The notes beneath the pieces are model-generated. The model was given only the letters and a program-made list of their open reading frames with translations. It did not search any database and was not told the DNA's origin. A program made the position numbers and the translations under genes. From positions 2,410 through 66,409 of the forward strand of contig DASXHH010000014.1 of the NCBI GenBank assembly GCA_036488585.1: 64,000 nt of DNA, in the 5' to 3' direction. This document shows positions 47,685-57,320 of the stretch, piece after piece (the first letter of the stretch is position 1; every line of letters starts with the position of its first letter). This DNA comes from Candidatus Saccharimonadia bacterium. GTDB taxonomy: Bacteria > Patescibacteriota > Saccharimonadia > UBA4664.

Positions 47685-48719
47685 ATGCTGGATAAGGCTG
47701 ATTTTATTGCGCGTTATGACAAGGAAGATGTGCTGGGAGTGATGGTGCGGCTGCCGGAGCAGTTGCAGTACGAGTTCTCGGAGGTTGAAGGACTGACGGA
47801 GCTAGGAAAGCCGGCCAACATTGTGCTCGCGGGAATGGGCGGCTCAGCGCAGCCGGGTGAGTTTATTAAGACCTGGCTGGGCGGGCAATTGCCTGTACCG
47901 TTTGTGATTGTGCGTGATTATGCCTTGCCGGCGTTTGTGGGGTCGGACACGCTGGTGATTGCTTCGAGTTACTCTGGTAACACCGAGGAGACGCTGGCGG
48001 CGCTCAAGGAGGCCGAGAGCCGGGGGGCCAAGGTGGTGGTGATGACTTCGGGCGGCAAGCTGCTCGAGGCAGCAAAGGAAGGTGGCCACCCGGCGTTTGT
48101 GCTGCCGGCCGACTTCCAGCCACGGATGGCGGTGCTGTACGCAGTGCGGGCGCTGACGACGATGCTCGAGCGGCTGGGTCTGGTGACCGGAGCGCTGCAG
48201 GAGCTGGCTATGTCGGGCAAATGGTTGGGAGAGCAGAACCTGGCGCAATGGGGGGTCGAGAGCCCGCAGGCCGATAACGCGGCTAAGCAGATCGCGAGCG
48301 AGTTGGTGGGGCATCCGGTGGTGGTATACGCGGGCCCGGCGCTGGCATTCGCGGCAATGAAATGGAAGATCGCGTTTAACGAGAACGCCAAGAACATTGC
48401 GTTTTACAATTATTTTCCGGAGTTAAATCACAACGAGTTTATTGGCTGGACGCATCCGGAGCAGAGCGGGTTAAAGGTGGTGGAGCTGCAATCGAGCTTA
48501 GACCACCCGCGGGTGCAGAAGCGCTTTGAGGTGAGTAACCGATTGTGGTCGAACGTGTTTGCGCCAGTGGAGGTGAAGGCGGTAGGCGAGACCAAGCTCG
48601 AACAATTGGTGTGGGTGATTGCGCTGGGTGAGTTTGTGGCCACGTATTTGGCCATACTTAACCAGGTGGACCCGATGCCAGTAGCTCTAGTGGAGCAGCT
48701 CAAGAAAGACCTAGGCTAG
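47685..48719 (+). CDS. Bifunctional phosphoglucose/phosphomannose isomerase (SIS domain)
   Basis: AGMGGSA, SSYSGNTEET, TSGGKL, QPR, NENAK, FPELNHNE. Confidence 0.93.
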   Translation: MLDKADFIARYDKEDVLGVMVRLPEQLQYEFSEVEGLTELGKPANIVLAGMGGSAQPGEFIKTWLGGQLPVPFVIVRDYALPAFVGSDTLVIASSYSGNTEETLAALKEAESRGAKVVVMTSGGKLLEAAKEGGHPAFVLPADFQPRMAVLYAVRALTTMLERLGLVTGALQELAMSGKWLGEQNLAQWGVESPQADNAAKQIASELVGHPVVVYAGPALAFAAMKWKIAFNENAKNIAFYNYFPELNHNEFIGWTHPEQSGLKVVELQSSLDHPRVQKRFEVSNRLWSNVFAPVEVKAVGETKLEQLVWVIALGEFVATYLAILNQVDPMPVALVEQLKKDLG

Positions 48720-48809
48720 CGCTCTAGAAAAATTAAGCCTAAATATAGCAAGGGCCCCGCTGCGCAGTGTGCGCGGCAGGGCCCGAGCCGTAGAAGGGTG
48801 TGGTGGTGG

Positions 48810-49838
48810 CTAGAGGTAATCCCGGAGCAGCTCGGTCCGCTGGGGGTGTCTGAGCTTGAGCATGGTCTTGCCTTCGATCTGGCGGATTCGTTCCCGGGTG
48901 ACACCGTAGACCTTGCCGACCTCGTCAAGAGTCTTCGGCTGACCGTCGTCCAAGCCGAACCGCATGGATATGACTCCGGCTTCACGGTCCGACAGGCCGT
49001 CGAGGATTTGGCGAAGCTTGTCCTGGAGGTCGCGAAACCCTGCGCATTCGGCAGCATTGACCGCGTCGGCGTCCTCGATGAGGTCGCCGAGCTCCTGGGC
49101 TCCGTCCTCGCCAATAGGCGTGTGCAGGGATATTGGTTCGCGAGCGCATTCCAGAAGTTCATCGACCCGCTCGGGGCTCATGTCAAGCTCGGCGGCTAGC
49201 TCTTCGGCGGTTGGCTCGTGGCCAAGCTCCTGGAACATCTGGCGTTGGACGCGCTGGAGTTTGTTAATGATCTCCAGCATGTGCACTGGGATGCGAATGG
49301 TGCGAGCGTAGCTGGCGATTCCGCGGGTGATGGCCTGTCGGATCCACCAAGTGGCGTAGGTAGAGAACTTGTAGCCCTTGGTGTAATCGAACTTTTCGAC
49401 GGCGCGGATGAGGCCGAGGTTGCCCTCCTGGATGACGTCTAGGAAGAGCAGTCCTCTGTCGGTATAGCGCTTGGCGATGGATACCACGAGTCGAAGGTTG
49501 GCTTCGAGCATGTGGTTCTTGGCACGCCGGCCGTCTTCGGCGATCCACTCCAAGTCGACCCGGAGGCTTGCGGAGACACCGCCGAAATCGCCGTTGAGCT
49601 TCATTTCGGCGAGTAGTCCCGCTTCGATGCGCTTGGCCAGCTCGACCTCCTGCTCGGCGTTGAGCAGGCTTACTGTACCGATGGATTTCAGGTAAAGCCG
49701 AACCAGATCGTCGAACTGAGAGCCTTGACCATTAGCGCGGGCTTCCGAGGCGGATTCTTCTAGGAGCGCTTCGAAATCTTCATCGCTGAGCGCATCGTCG
49801 TCGGGGATATTATCCTCGACTATGGCCGTTGGGGCCAT
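48810..49838 (-). CDS. Second RpoD-family sigma factor of actinobacterial HrdB type, divergent
   Basis: [21 protein letters not shown]...[22 protein letters not shown]...REPISLHTP...[38 protein letters not shown]; SD AGGAGG. Confidence 0.93.
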   Translation of the reverse strand: MAPTAIVEDNIPDDDALSDEDFEALLEESASEARANGQGSQFDDLVRLYLKSIGTVSLLNAEQEVELAKRIEAGLLAEMKLNGDFGGVSASLRVDLEWIAEDGRRAKNHMLEANLRLVVSIAKRYTDRGLLFLDVIQEGNLGLIRAVEKFDYTKGYKFSTYATWWIRQAITRGIASYARTIRIPVHMLEIINKLQRVQRQMFQELGHEPTAEELAAELDMSPERVDELLECAREPISLHTPIGEDGAQELGDLIEDADAVNAAECAGFRDLQDKLRQILDGLSDREAGVISMRFGLDDGQPKTLDEVGKVYGVTRERIRQIEGKTMLKLRHPQRTELLRDYL

Positions 49839-49960
49839 GTTGGCCACCTCCTGGGTGTCTCCTAGTTGGGTAGGTTTTCAAACAGGCTTGAATTCTTCTT
49901 ACGGCTTTTCAGCTGATCTAAACGATACAATAAATTATTGAGTTTAGCAATGAGTTGTAT

Positions 49961-51223
49961 CTATTCGGCTTTGAGAGCCTGAATGGGGTGTTTGCGAGCT
50001 GCCTTGATGGCTGGCGCCAGGCCGAAGATGATGCCGACAGCGGCGGACACGCCGACGGCTAGTACGATGGCGGTGGGGGTGAATACGGGGGTGATCTTGG
50101 CTAGCTTGCCGGCGATGGTGGCCAGGCCCATGGCGGCCAAAATGCCGAGAGCGCCGCCAATAACGCTTAGAACCACCGCTTCGATGAGGAACTGGACGAG
50201 TACGATAGAGCTGGAGGCGCCGATGGCCTTGCGTAGGCCGATTTCGCGAGTGCGCTCGGTAACGGATACCAGCATTATGTTCATGATGCCGATGCCACCT
50301 ACGAGCAGGCTGATGCTGGCTATGGCCACGATAAAGGTGGTGAGCAGGCTGAGTACACTGTCGACGGTAGAGAGGATATCTTTTTGGGTAAGGACGGTGA
50401 AGTCGTCTTGCTTACCGTCGGTGGGATCGCCGTGGTTGTGGCGCATGGCGGTGCGAACCGCGTCGGCGGCGGTGTTAACGTTGTTGGCGTTGTCGACTTG
50501 AACAAGGATGCGCAGAATTTGAGGATTGCTGCCGGTGAAGGCCTTGGCGGTGTCGAGCGGAATGTAGGCGGCATTGTCGAGGTTAGGGCCGGCAAAGGCC
50601 TGGGCACTGGCGTCTGAGAGCTGGAGGGCACCGACGACTGTGAACTTGGTGCCGCGGATGGTGACGGTTTGGCCGACGGCGGAGGCGCTGCCAAAGAGGT
50701 CCTGCTTGGTTTGACCGCCCAACACGATCACCTTTTGGCCGTTATCTGAAGCGGATAAGAAACGATTGTTTGACTCGTTGTCGAACTTGAGGGTTTGGGT
50801 CTTGGAGAAATCAGGGGTGGTGGCGAAGAGCAGGGCGCCGTTGGAGGTGGCAGTGCCGTTGGCCAGCACGCCGGAGACGAGGCTCATAGGGGCGACGGCG
50901 GTAACGTGGCTGATTTTGGTGAGAGAATTTACATCAGTCTCGGTGAGGGTGGAGGCGCCAAGCGATGAGGCTGCGCCGCCAGCCGCGCCACCCTTCTGGC
51001 CGCTGCCGCCGAGGTTAACTTTGCCAGAGGTAACGGCGATAGCATTGGCGTTGACTACGCCGGTGATCTGGTCTTGGACGGCTTGTTTAACACCGTCGCC
51101 GATGGCCAAGATCGAAACAACGGCGGCCACGCCGATGATTATGCCGAGCATGGTGAGGAAGCTGCGAAGTTTGGCGTTGGCCAGGCTGACGAGAGCCATC
51201 TTGAGGTTTTCGTAGAACATCAT
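49961..51223 (-). CDS. ABC transporter permease (MacB/FtsX family)
   Basis: RSFLTMLGIIIGV, SLLVGGIGIMNIMLVSVTERTREIGLRKAIGA. Confidence 0.95.
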   Translation of the reverse strand: MMFYENLKMALVSLANAKLRSFLTMLGIIIGVAAVVSILAIGDGVKQAVQDQITGVVNANAIAVTSGKVNLGGSGQKGGAAGGAASSLGASTLTETDVNSLTKISHVTAVAPMSLVSGVLANGTATSNGALLFATTPDFSKTQTLKFDNESNNRFLSASDNGQKVIVLGGQTKQDLFGSASAVGQTVTIRGTKFTVVGALQLSDASAQAFAGPNLDNAAYIPLDTAKAFTGSNPQILRILVQVDNANNVNTAADAVRTAMRHNHGDPTDGKQDDFTVLTQKDILSTVDSVLSLLTTFIVAIASISLLVGGIGIMNIMLVSVTERTREIGLRKAIGASSSIVLVQFLIEAVVLSVIGGALGILAAMGLATIAGKLAKITPVFTPTAIVLAVGVSAAVGIIFGLAPAIKAARKHPIQALKAE

Positions 51224-51954
51224 AGCTGGACCCTCCGGTGAGTGTGGCTGGCCGATACGCCGTTAACGTGTGGGAGGCCGGTGTCTGAAACGACGGAACC
51301 GTCACGAACGGTGACTATGCGGTCGGTCTGATCGGCGATTTCGGGGTTGTGCGTGACGATAACAATGGTGGCGTGGGTCTCGCGGTTGAGGCGGCGAAGC
51401 TCGTCGATGATGGCTTTGGAGGACTTGGTATCGAGATTGCCGGTGGGCTCGTCGGCCAGGATGAGGCTGGGGTGATTGACGAGCGCGCGGGCGATGGCGA
51501 CACGCTGGGTTTGGCCGCCCGAGATCTGGTTGGGGCGGTAGTGGGCCCGGTCTTTGAGGCCAACCAGATCAAGCAGCTTGAGGGCGCGAGTCCGGCGCTG
51601 CTTGGGCGAGACACCGGTGTAGACCAGTGGCAACTCAACGTTTTGGACCACGCTAAGGCGAGGTAGGAGATTGAAGCTTTGGAAGACAAAGCCGATCTTG
51701 TCGCGACGGAGGTGGGACAACTTGCGGTCGTTTAGTCCGGCAACCTCGGTGCCATCGATCAGGTACTGGCCTTCGGAGGGGCTGTCGAGGAGGCCGATCA
51801 GGTTCATGAGGGTGCTCTTGCCGGAGCCGGATGGGCCGATAATTGACACAAATTCACCTGGTTTGATAACCAGGTTAACGTCTTTGAGGGCGACAGTGGG
51901 GTCAGCGCGGTCGGTGAAGGTCTTGCCGACACCGCGCAGCTCGATGACATTCAT
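51220..51954 (-). CDS. ABC transporter ATP-binding protein (LolD/MacB type)
   Basis: GPSGSGKST, ISGGQ, LADEPTGNLD, VTH. Confidence 0.96.
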   Translation of the reverse strand: MNVIELRGVGKTFTDRADPTVALKDVNLVIKPGEFVSIIGPSGSGKSTLMNLIGLLDSPSEGQYLIDGTEVAGLNDRKLSHLRRDKIGFVFQSFNLLPRLSVVQNVELPLVYTGVSPKQRRTRALKLLDLVGLKDRAHYRPNQISGGQTQRVAIARALVNHPSLILADEPTGNLDTKSSKAIIDELRRLNRETHATIVIVTHNPEIADQTDRIVTVRDGSVVSDTGLPHVNGVSASHTHRRVQL

Positions 51955-51999
51955 GGCCTAAGCTTAGCATTCCTAAAGTGGTTGTGCTACCTGGTTGTT

Positions 52000-52055
52000 C
52001 GGGCAGTTTCGTCCTGTGGGACTCGTCAGCATAAGCAACACTTATGGACTGCCCG
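52000..52055 (-). ncRNA. Type III hammerhead ribozyme
   Basis: Minus-strand RNA CGGGCAG-UC/-CAUAAG-UGUUG-CUUAUG-CUGACGA-GUCC-CACA-GGAC-GAAA-CUGCCCG: full CUGANGA/GAAA core, GUC cleavage triplet, three perfectly paired stems. Confidence 0.93.
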
Positions 52056-52148
52056 GGCAGGGAGGATGAACCTCCCCACCCGTAGGAGTTTATGTGGCTT
52101 TACTCCTGTGCCTTATTGTCCGGCCGGTGAGGGCCGTTCCCATCTGCG

Positions 52149-53198
52149 TTACGGCTTGACCTGGACCGTGCCGTCGGTGCCGACCAGGACGGTGCACTGG
52201 TTGTGCGCCGCTTGGCAGATTGCCTGGTCGGCGGCCACCTGGCGCGCCGCCGGGCCGTATTTGCCGAAGTCGATCTCCGCCCCCGGGATCACGTGGGTGA
52301 CGGTGATCCGGACTGGACTGCAGAGATACTGGTCCTTGCTGATGTCGGTCCATCGGCTACTCCCGGGCCCGCAGAGCAGTGAATCTGGCTGGCCTGTGAC
52401 GTTCACGAACTGGTCCGCGAAGGCGTTCGACATGGCGTCTCCCAGGTCTTGCTGCATCTTGGGGTTCTTGATTAGGTCCGAGGAGTAGTTCGCCACGAAC
52501 CGGGTCACGAGCTGGTCGAGCGTCGGTCCGATGTCCTCACCTTGCCAACGGAGCCATCCGGGGGTAGAGCTGGTGGCGCCGAGATCGGGGAGGTGGTTGG
52601 GATCGGAGACTTCGGTGGCACACTTGTACTTTGCGCAGACGCCGACCCAGAATTCCCGCATGGCGGTCTCGGATGGGTTGAGGTTCCATTGCATCCAGAG
52701 CGTGACGTACACGGGCGTCCCGTCGCTGGTGTAGGCGGGCCCATCGAGCGGGGCCGGCATTTGCCGGTCGCCGACCGTCTCTCCGATGGCGTTCTTGTCG
52801 AGGCCGGTGCCGATTCCGTAGTTGCGCGTCATGTTGCCACAACCTGGAACGAAGCGCAGGTCGAACCCGCTGGCATAGCCGAAGTCCGTTGCGGGCATGA
52901 TCGCGTAGACGAACCCGCGGCCGTTCTTGTTATTCCCGTTGTTTACGAGAATGCCACACATCCCGTCCGGGACGCTGATGTCGGCCGTGTCGTTTGATGC
53001 GACTCCGGGCGGAGCTGGCGGGTTGCCGGGGCTGGGCGGGGCGGCGACAGCATTGTTGCTACCGCCACTCGAGCTGCCATTGTCGCTGCTCGAGCTGTTG
53101 CCGCCAATACCGCTGCAGGCGGCGACAGAGACGGCGAGGGCGGCGGCGGCGACAGAGACGGCAAGGCGCCGACTTCTTTTGAGCCGTGGTCCGATCAT
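52149..53198 (-). CDS. Putative lipoprotein with SPFH/band-7-like domain
   Basis: Arg-rich n-region, VAAC lipobox; TSDGTPVYV...WNLN...KY...GW...CGP...C resembles actinobacterial/actinophage band-7-like proteins. Confidence 0.65.
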   Translation of the reverse strand: MIGPRLKRSRRLAVSVAAAALAVSVAACSGIGGNSSSSDNGSSSGGSNNAVAAPPSPGNPPAPPGVASNDTADISVPDGMCGILVNNGNNKNGRGFVYAIMPATDFGYASGFDLRFVPGCGNMTRNYGIGTGLDKNAIGETVGDRQMPAPLDGPAYTSDGTPVYVTLWMQWNLNPSETAMREFWVGVCAKYKCATEVSDPNHLPDLGATSSTPGWLRWQGEDIGPTLDQLVTRFVANYSSDLIKNPKMQQDLGDAMSNAFADQFVNVTGQPDSLLCGPGSSRWTDISKDQYLCSPVRITVTHVIPGAEIDFGKYGPAARQVAADQAICQAAHNQCTVLVGTDGTVQVKP

Positions 53199-53389
53199 GT
53201 GCACTCCTTCGGGGTGCGATGAGGGTTGGGAAATTGCTCGGCGTAACGTGCCGATGACGGGGTGGTGCGAGGATTCGCACCCCATAGATTGGTCGGATGT
53301 GGATCGGGCCAATTTATGAGGGGCGAATGGTGGTCGGAGGCCGGATGGGGCCTGAGTGGCGCCCGCCCGGCCTCCAGAGAGTGCCAGAG

Positions 53390-53890
53390 TTAGCAGCTGC
53401 TATTGTCCCCGGGGAGTCGGGGGCGCAGGAGTAGCCGCAGTTCAATGAAGACCTTGCTCAGCACGGTTCGTGCGACGATCGGTAGCGCTGGTAGCGCTGT
53501 CGCCCAGGTTGTCCGGGGTTCGTCTGGCGAGTAGAGCACGGGCTGTTCGAACATTGCGGGGTCGAACTGCTTCCAGATCACGCGGTAGGGCGTGTTCTGG
53601 ACGAGCTGCTGCATGAGCGGCCGGGCGGCTGTCTCGGTCTCGCCGATTACGGCAATGGCCTCGATCTGGGCTCGGGATCCCCACGGCGCTTCCTCGATGA
53701 GGTAGTTGACTAGGCTCAGGATGTGGGCTTCGTCCTCCATGTCTCCGCGGAGCAGGAGCATCGTGATGGCGTTGTCCTCGAGGAACGTCTCGGCTGCTTC
53801 GGCGGTGCGCCAGACAAGTACCTGGGCGCCGTCCCAGCCGGGATGACTGAGGTTGGGGGTGAGTGTGGGGTCGGCCAGTGCGTAAAGCAC
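53390..53890 (-). CDS. Divergent cyclic-phosphate-processing receiver-like domain protein
   Basis: RTAEAA..FL....ITMLLLRGDM...ILSLVNYL.E.A..G....IAVI parallels RTS..A..LL....DELWLDHDL...PVV..L; SD AAAGGAG. Confidence 0.5.
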   Translation of the reverse strand: MLYALADPTLTPNLSHPGWDGAQVLVWRTAEAAETFLEDNAITMLLLRGDMEDEAHILSLVNYLIEEAPWGSRAQIEAIAVIGETETAARPLMQQLVQNTPYRVIWKQFDPAMFEQPVLYSPDEPRTTWATALPALPIVARTVLSKVFIELRLLLRPRLPGDNSSC

Positions 53891-54075
53891 AGGGATTCAC
53901 TCCTTTGATTGTCCGGACTAATTTTGGTTGTAAAGCGTTGCCCGTTGGGGTGGGCGGCCCTGTGTTCGAGCTTTCAAGCGGTCTGGGCTTGAGAGCTCAA
54001 GTCAGGGGGCGTAGGTCGGGCGATTGCCCGACCTACGCTGGCGCACAGGCTGAAGGTTCGCTCCCTTGGTTAGTT

Positions 54076-55116
54076 CTAGAAGGCGGCGTTTTCGAGGACG
54101 CTGGTGTCGACCTCCAGCTCGGCGCGGTTGCCCTCATTGGCCTGCTGGATGGCAGCCAGGAGGTCCCGGTCGAATTTGGAAAGTGAACCGGCGGTCGCTC
54201 GGCGGCGGGCTCGGGTATCGCCGGGCCACTCTTCGGGGTGCCGTTCCATGTCGGCATAGCCCTTCGCGACCTTCAGCGTGTGCTCGAGGTTGAATCTGGT
54301 CGAGCGGCGGGCGTCGTTCTCCTGGCTGGGAATGTTTTCGTGGACTCGGAGCAGGTAGCGCTCGGTGTGAGAGCAGATCCGCTCGATGGTCAGCTGGACA
54401 TCCTGGTCTCGGATTTGCTCGCGAACTTTGCGCAGCTGGCGGAGCAAACCCGGGATGGTGCCGGCGATCAGGCGAGGCCGGATCAGCAGGAGGTATGTGC
54501 CCGCTACCGCGAGCACTCCTACGCCAAGGAGGACCCCCAGGAAGTACGAGCCGCCGGATTGGTGGCTCGTCCCAGAACTGGTGGAACTGGCGTGGCTTGT
54601 GGTCGATGGCGTGGGAGCCGCCGGTAGGGAGCCGACACTCACGGTTTCGCTCATGAACTGGTCGAAGGTGCTGAGTATGCTCCCAGGGTCGCGGCCTGCG
54701 GTCTTGGCTTGATCCATGACGTGGTCGCTGGTGCCTTGCGGAACACCACGGCTGGCGCTGGTGACGTAGGTGGTGCCGTTGGCATCGTCCACGAACGCCA
54801 TTGCAATGATGTCACGGTGTCCGGTGAGCTGGTTGAGCTCATTCGCGAACCGCTGTCCCTGGCCGCCAGTTTCCTGAAGCGCGGTGGCGGGCAGTTCGAT
54901 CAGTGCGACCGGGTAGCCCGGCATGGTGACAACACCGGACACGGTCTGGCTGTTGTAGCCGGGCGTGTCGGGTGACACGAAGACTATCTGGCCGTGCGAT
55001 AGTGCCGCCGCTGCCTGCTCGAGGTAGCTGGTGGAGGCAGCGGCGGGCAGGCTCGCGGACGCGGCCAGAAGGCCCGCCGAGATAGCTATCGAAGAGGTCG
55101 CCAATACTCGTCTCAT
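54076..55116 (-). CDS. Membrane protein: signal peptide, extracellular (TPM-like) domain, TM, cytoplasmic XpaC-like domain
   Basis: C-terminus IERICSHTERYL...P.Q...ARR...LEHTLKVAKGYADM..HP...ELEVDTSVL fits the XpaC pattern; SD GAAGGAG. Confidence 0.55.
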   Translation of the reverse strand: MRRVLATSSIAISAGLLAASASLPAAASTSYLEQAAAALSHGQIVFVSPDTPGYNSQTVSGVVTMPGYPVALIELPATALQETGGQGQRFANELNQLTGHRDIIAMAFVDDANGTTYVTSASRGVPQGTSDHVMDQAKTAGRDPGSILSTFDQFMSETVSVGSLPAAPTPSTTSHASSTSSGTSHQSGGSYFLGVLLGVGVLAVAGTYLLLIRPRLIAGTIPGLLRQLRKVREQIRDQDVQLTIERICSHTERYLLRVHENIPSQENDARRSTRFNLEHTLKVAKGYADMERHPEEWPGDTRARRRATAGSLSKFDRDLLAAIQQANEGNRAELEVDTSVLENAAF

Positions 55117-55259
55117 CGAGCTCTCCTTCCAGGAGGTTGACGTGAGTAAGAACTGACTAGGGTAACTCAAAGAACTGTGAGCCGAGAAAACTTTTCGAGT
55201 CTCCTCGTATGAGACGGCTGCCATGAGTCGCCTCGTACGAGTAGGCTAAGCAAGTGATG

Positions 55260-55288
55260 ATTATGTTATGTTATTGACGCTTTGTCAA
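55260..55288 (-). promoter_or_regulatory. Sigma70 promoter of the three-gene cassette ending at the ribozyme
   Basis: TTGACA-N17-CATAAT on minus strand. Confidence 0.7.
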
Positions 55289-55357
55289 TAATTGTTTGAA
55301 GGGTTGAGTGAATGCTGCCCGGTGGCCTTGGGCTAATCCGAGGCCACCGGGAAGAGG

Positions 55358-55846
55358 TTACGAACTCGTGAAGATGATGATCTTCAGGAAACGGGCTTCG
55401 GTGCGGGAATACTTTCCGACCTTGGAGTCGCCGATGACCCCCTCCGCCTGAATGCGGGTGCCTGGCGTCAGGGTCCAGATGTCAGCACCGATGTCAGCGT
55501 CGCTTTGGTATCCGATCTGGCCCACGATGTGTTCGTGGCCACCGTCGTCAGTGAAGCGGTCTTGGAGCTCGGAGTGGTTCGCGCTCCAGATGTTGCCGGC
55601 GCTCTTGAACCAACTGCGCGCAGCACCACTGGCGCCGACAACGTGGATGTTGCTCACGAACACCGAGTGGTCGGTGACCTCAGTAACAGTGGCGTCTATG
55701 ACGTAGCGGTTGCCGGTTCCGGCATAGTTGCCGCCGCCGTTATTGGCGACTGCGCCAATTGCGAAAACGATGAATCCGCATATCGTCAGCATAGCGAGCA
55801 CTGCCCCGAGCGCTATGAGCGCAGAGGTAAAGCTCGAGCGGTACAC
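55358..55846 (-). CDS. Hypothetical membrane-anchored protein, beta-rich (possible OB-fold)
   Basis: N-terminal TM; IDATVTEVT...LTPGTRIQAEGVI; SD GAAAGGA; hairpin 55318-55351. Confidence 0.6.
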   Translation of the reverse strand: MYRSSFTSALIALGAVLAMLTICGFIVFAIGAVANNGGGNYAGTGNRYVIDATVTEVTDHSVFVSNIHVVGASGAARSWFKSAGNIWSANHSELQDRFTDDGGHEHIVGQIGYQSDADIGADIWTLTPGTRIQAEGVIGDSKVGKYSRTEARFLKIIIFTSS

Positions 55847-56181
55847 TATTGTCCTTTCGGGGTGCGTGCGATGACGGATCGCAAACCGTGAGGGCCGTGG
55901 CCCTCATTACCGGGCGCGATTTGGAGAATCCAGCCTGGTAATGAGGGGCTATGGGCAAAAAATAAAAACTCCCCCGTATGGGCCCTAAGGCTTGCCCATA
56001 ATAGAGAATTTTCGATACCTATAGCTGATTAAATTGTGACATCACTATAGGACATTTGATGGGGATGTCAAGGAAGTTTGCAGCATATATTTATGTGTGA
56101 TTTACAGTACAGTCTAGTGGAAAACGCCTTCGCCGGGTATAATATGCCGGTTCGAGGGCGCTGTGAGGCGCCTGTGTACCG

Positions 56182-56271
56182 GGAGAGGTCGCATAGTGGC
56201 CTAGTGCGCTCGCTTGGAAAGCGAGTATGGGGGCAACTCCATCGAGGGTTCGAATCCCTCCCTCTCCGCCA
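56182..56271 (+). tRNA. tRNA-Ser(GGA)
   Basis: GGAGAGG...CTCGC-TT-GGA-AA-GCGAG...GTTCGAATC...CCA. Confidence 0.96.
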
Positions 56272-56292
56272 GCAATTATTTTGGGGGTAATT

Positions 56293-56709
56293 ATGGACAA
56301 CATGAAGGACAAGCCGGACTCATACTGGCGCGAGAGACTGACGCCGGAGCAATACCGGGTATTGCGTGCGCGCGGGACGGAGGCGCCGGGAACGGGCGAA
56401 TACGCCGATAAGTACGATGACGGCATGTACCGGTGCGCGGCATGCGGGCAGGAGCTGTTCGCGAGCGACACCAAGTTTGAGAGCACGCAGCCGGGGCTTA
56501 CGGGCTGGCCGGCGTTTTGGGCTGAGGCGGCTAAAGGCAGAGTGGAGCTGCGGCCGGACGATGCGCTTGGTATGCACCGGACCGAGGTGGTTTGCGCACG
56601 GTGCGGGTCACATTTGGGACACCTGTTTGAGGACGACCCAGCGGTGTCTGATAAGGGCGGTAAGCATTATTGCGTTAACTCGTGCGCGCTTAAATTTGAG
56701 CCTAAATAG
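56293..56709 (+). CDS. msrB: Peptide methionine sulfoxide reductase MsrB
   Basis: LTPEQYRVLR..GTE, CAAC, GWPAF, RTEVVC..CGSHLGHLF, YCVNS. Confidence 0.95.
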   Translation: MDNMKDKPDSYWRERLTPEQYRVLRARGTEAPGTGEYADKYDDGMYRCAACGQELFASDTKFESTQPGLTGWPAFWAEAAKGRVELRPDDALGMHRTEVVCARCGSHLGHLFEDDPAVSDKGGKHYCVNSCALKFEPK

Positions 56710-56755
56710 TAAAATGCCCAGGCCATCGATGTGACGGCCCGGGCGACGCCCTGAA

Positions 56756-57190
56756 CTACAGGGAGGGACGAGTGTGCATGGTATCGCGTGGGAAACGCAC
56801 CTTAGCGGTGTTGAGCTCGATTACGACGCAGTAAACCCCGTCCAGGCCGTGTATTTTAACAAGACGTTCCGTGACGATGTTAAGCCGGGTTTGCATGGTG
56901 CTGGCGATGCCGGACAGGCCGCTGGTCTCGATGCGGATGTAAATGTCGGCTCGATCGGGCGTTCGGCGGCTGATATCGAGTGAGAAAGAGCCGGGCGGCG
57001 GCCGGAAGACGTGGATGTCCGGTATGACGATTCTGGGGTCGTATAGCTCCGCGATGAGGCCGACGAGGGTCGACTCTGAGGTGAACTCAGTATGCTCCGG
57101 ACCGTCCGGACCGACACAAATGGTGACGCCGACGGAAGCGCCGCCGGTGAGAACTTGGCCGATCTCAGCATTGTCGCGGGCGATTTGCAT
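56756..57190 (-). CDS. Hypothetical protein (accessory)
   Basis: ATG (MQIARD) after AGGAGG; 144 aa. Confidence 0.6.
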   Translation of the reverse strand: MQIARDNAEIGQVLTGGASVGVTICVGPDGPEHTEFTSESTLVGLIAELYDPRIVIPDIHVFRPPPGSFSLDISRRTPDRADIYIRIETSGLSGIASTMQTRLNIVTERLVKIHGLDGVYCVVIELNTAKVRFPRDTMHTRPSL

Positions 57191-57320
57191 GATAGCCTCC
57201 TGCTTGTCTAGGGGCAAAAGTAGTGCGCGCTACGGAACGCAGTCACTTAATCATGTAGGGGCTGTAAAGTCAAAACATGCGACCTGGTTTGAACTAGGGG
57301 AATGGCGTAGGATACTCGTT

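Noticed and set aside
36350-49838. Reading the whole window as an actinobacterial chromosome
   Set aside because: RpoD, GroEL/GroES, DnaA, the T4SS/pilin locus, tRNA-Arg(GCG) and codon usage are not actinobacterial in style; only isolated cassettes are. A chimeric assembly cannot be excluded without reads.
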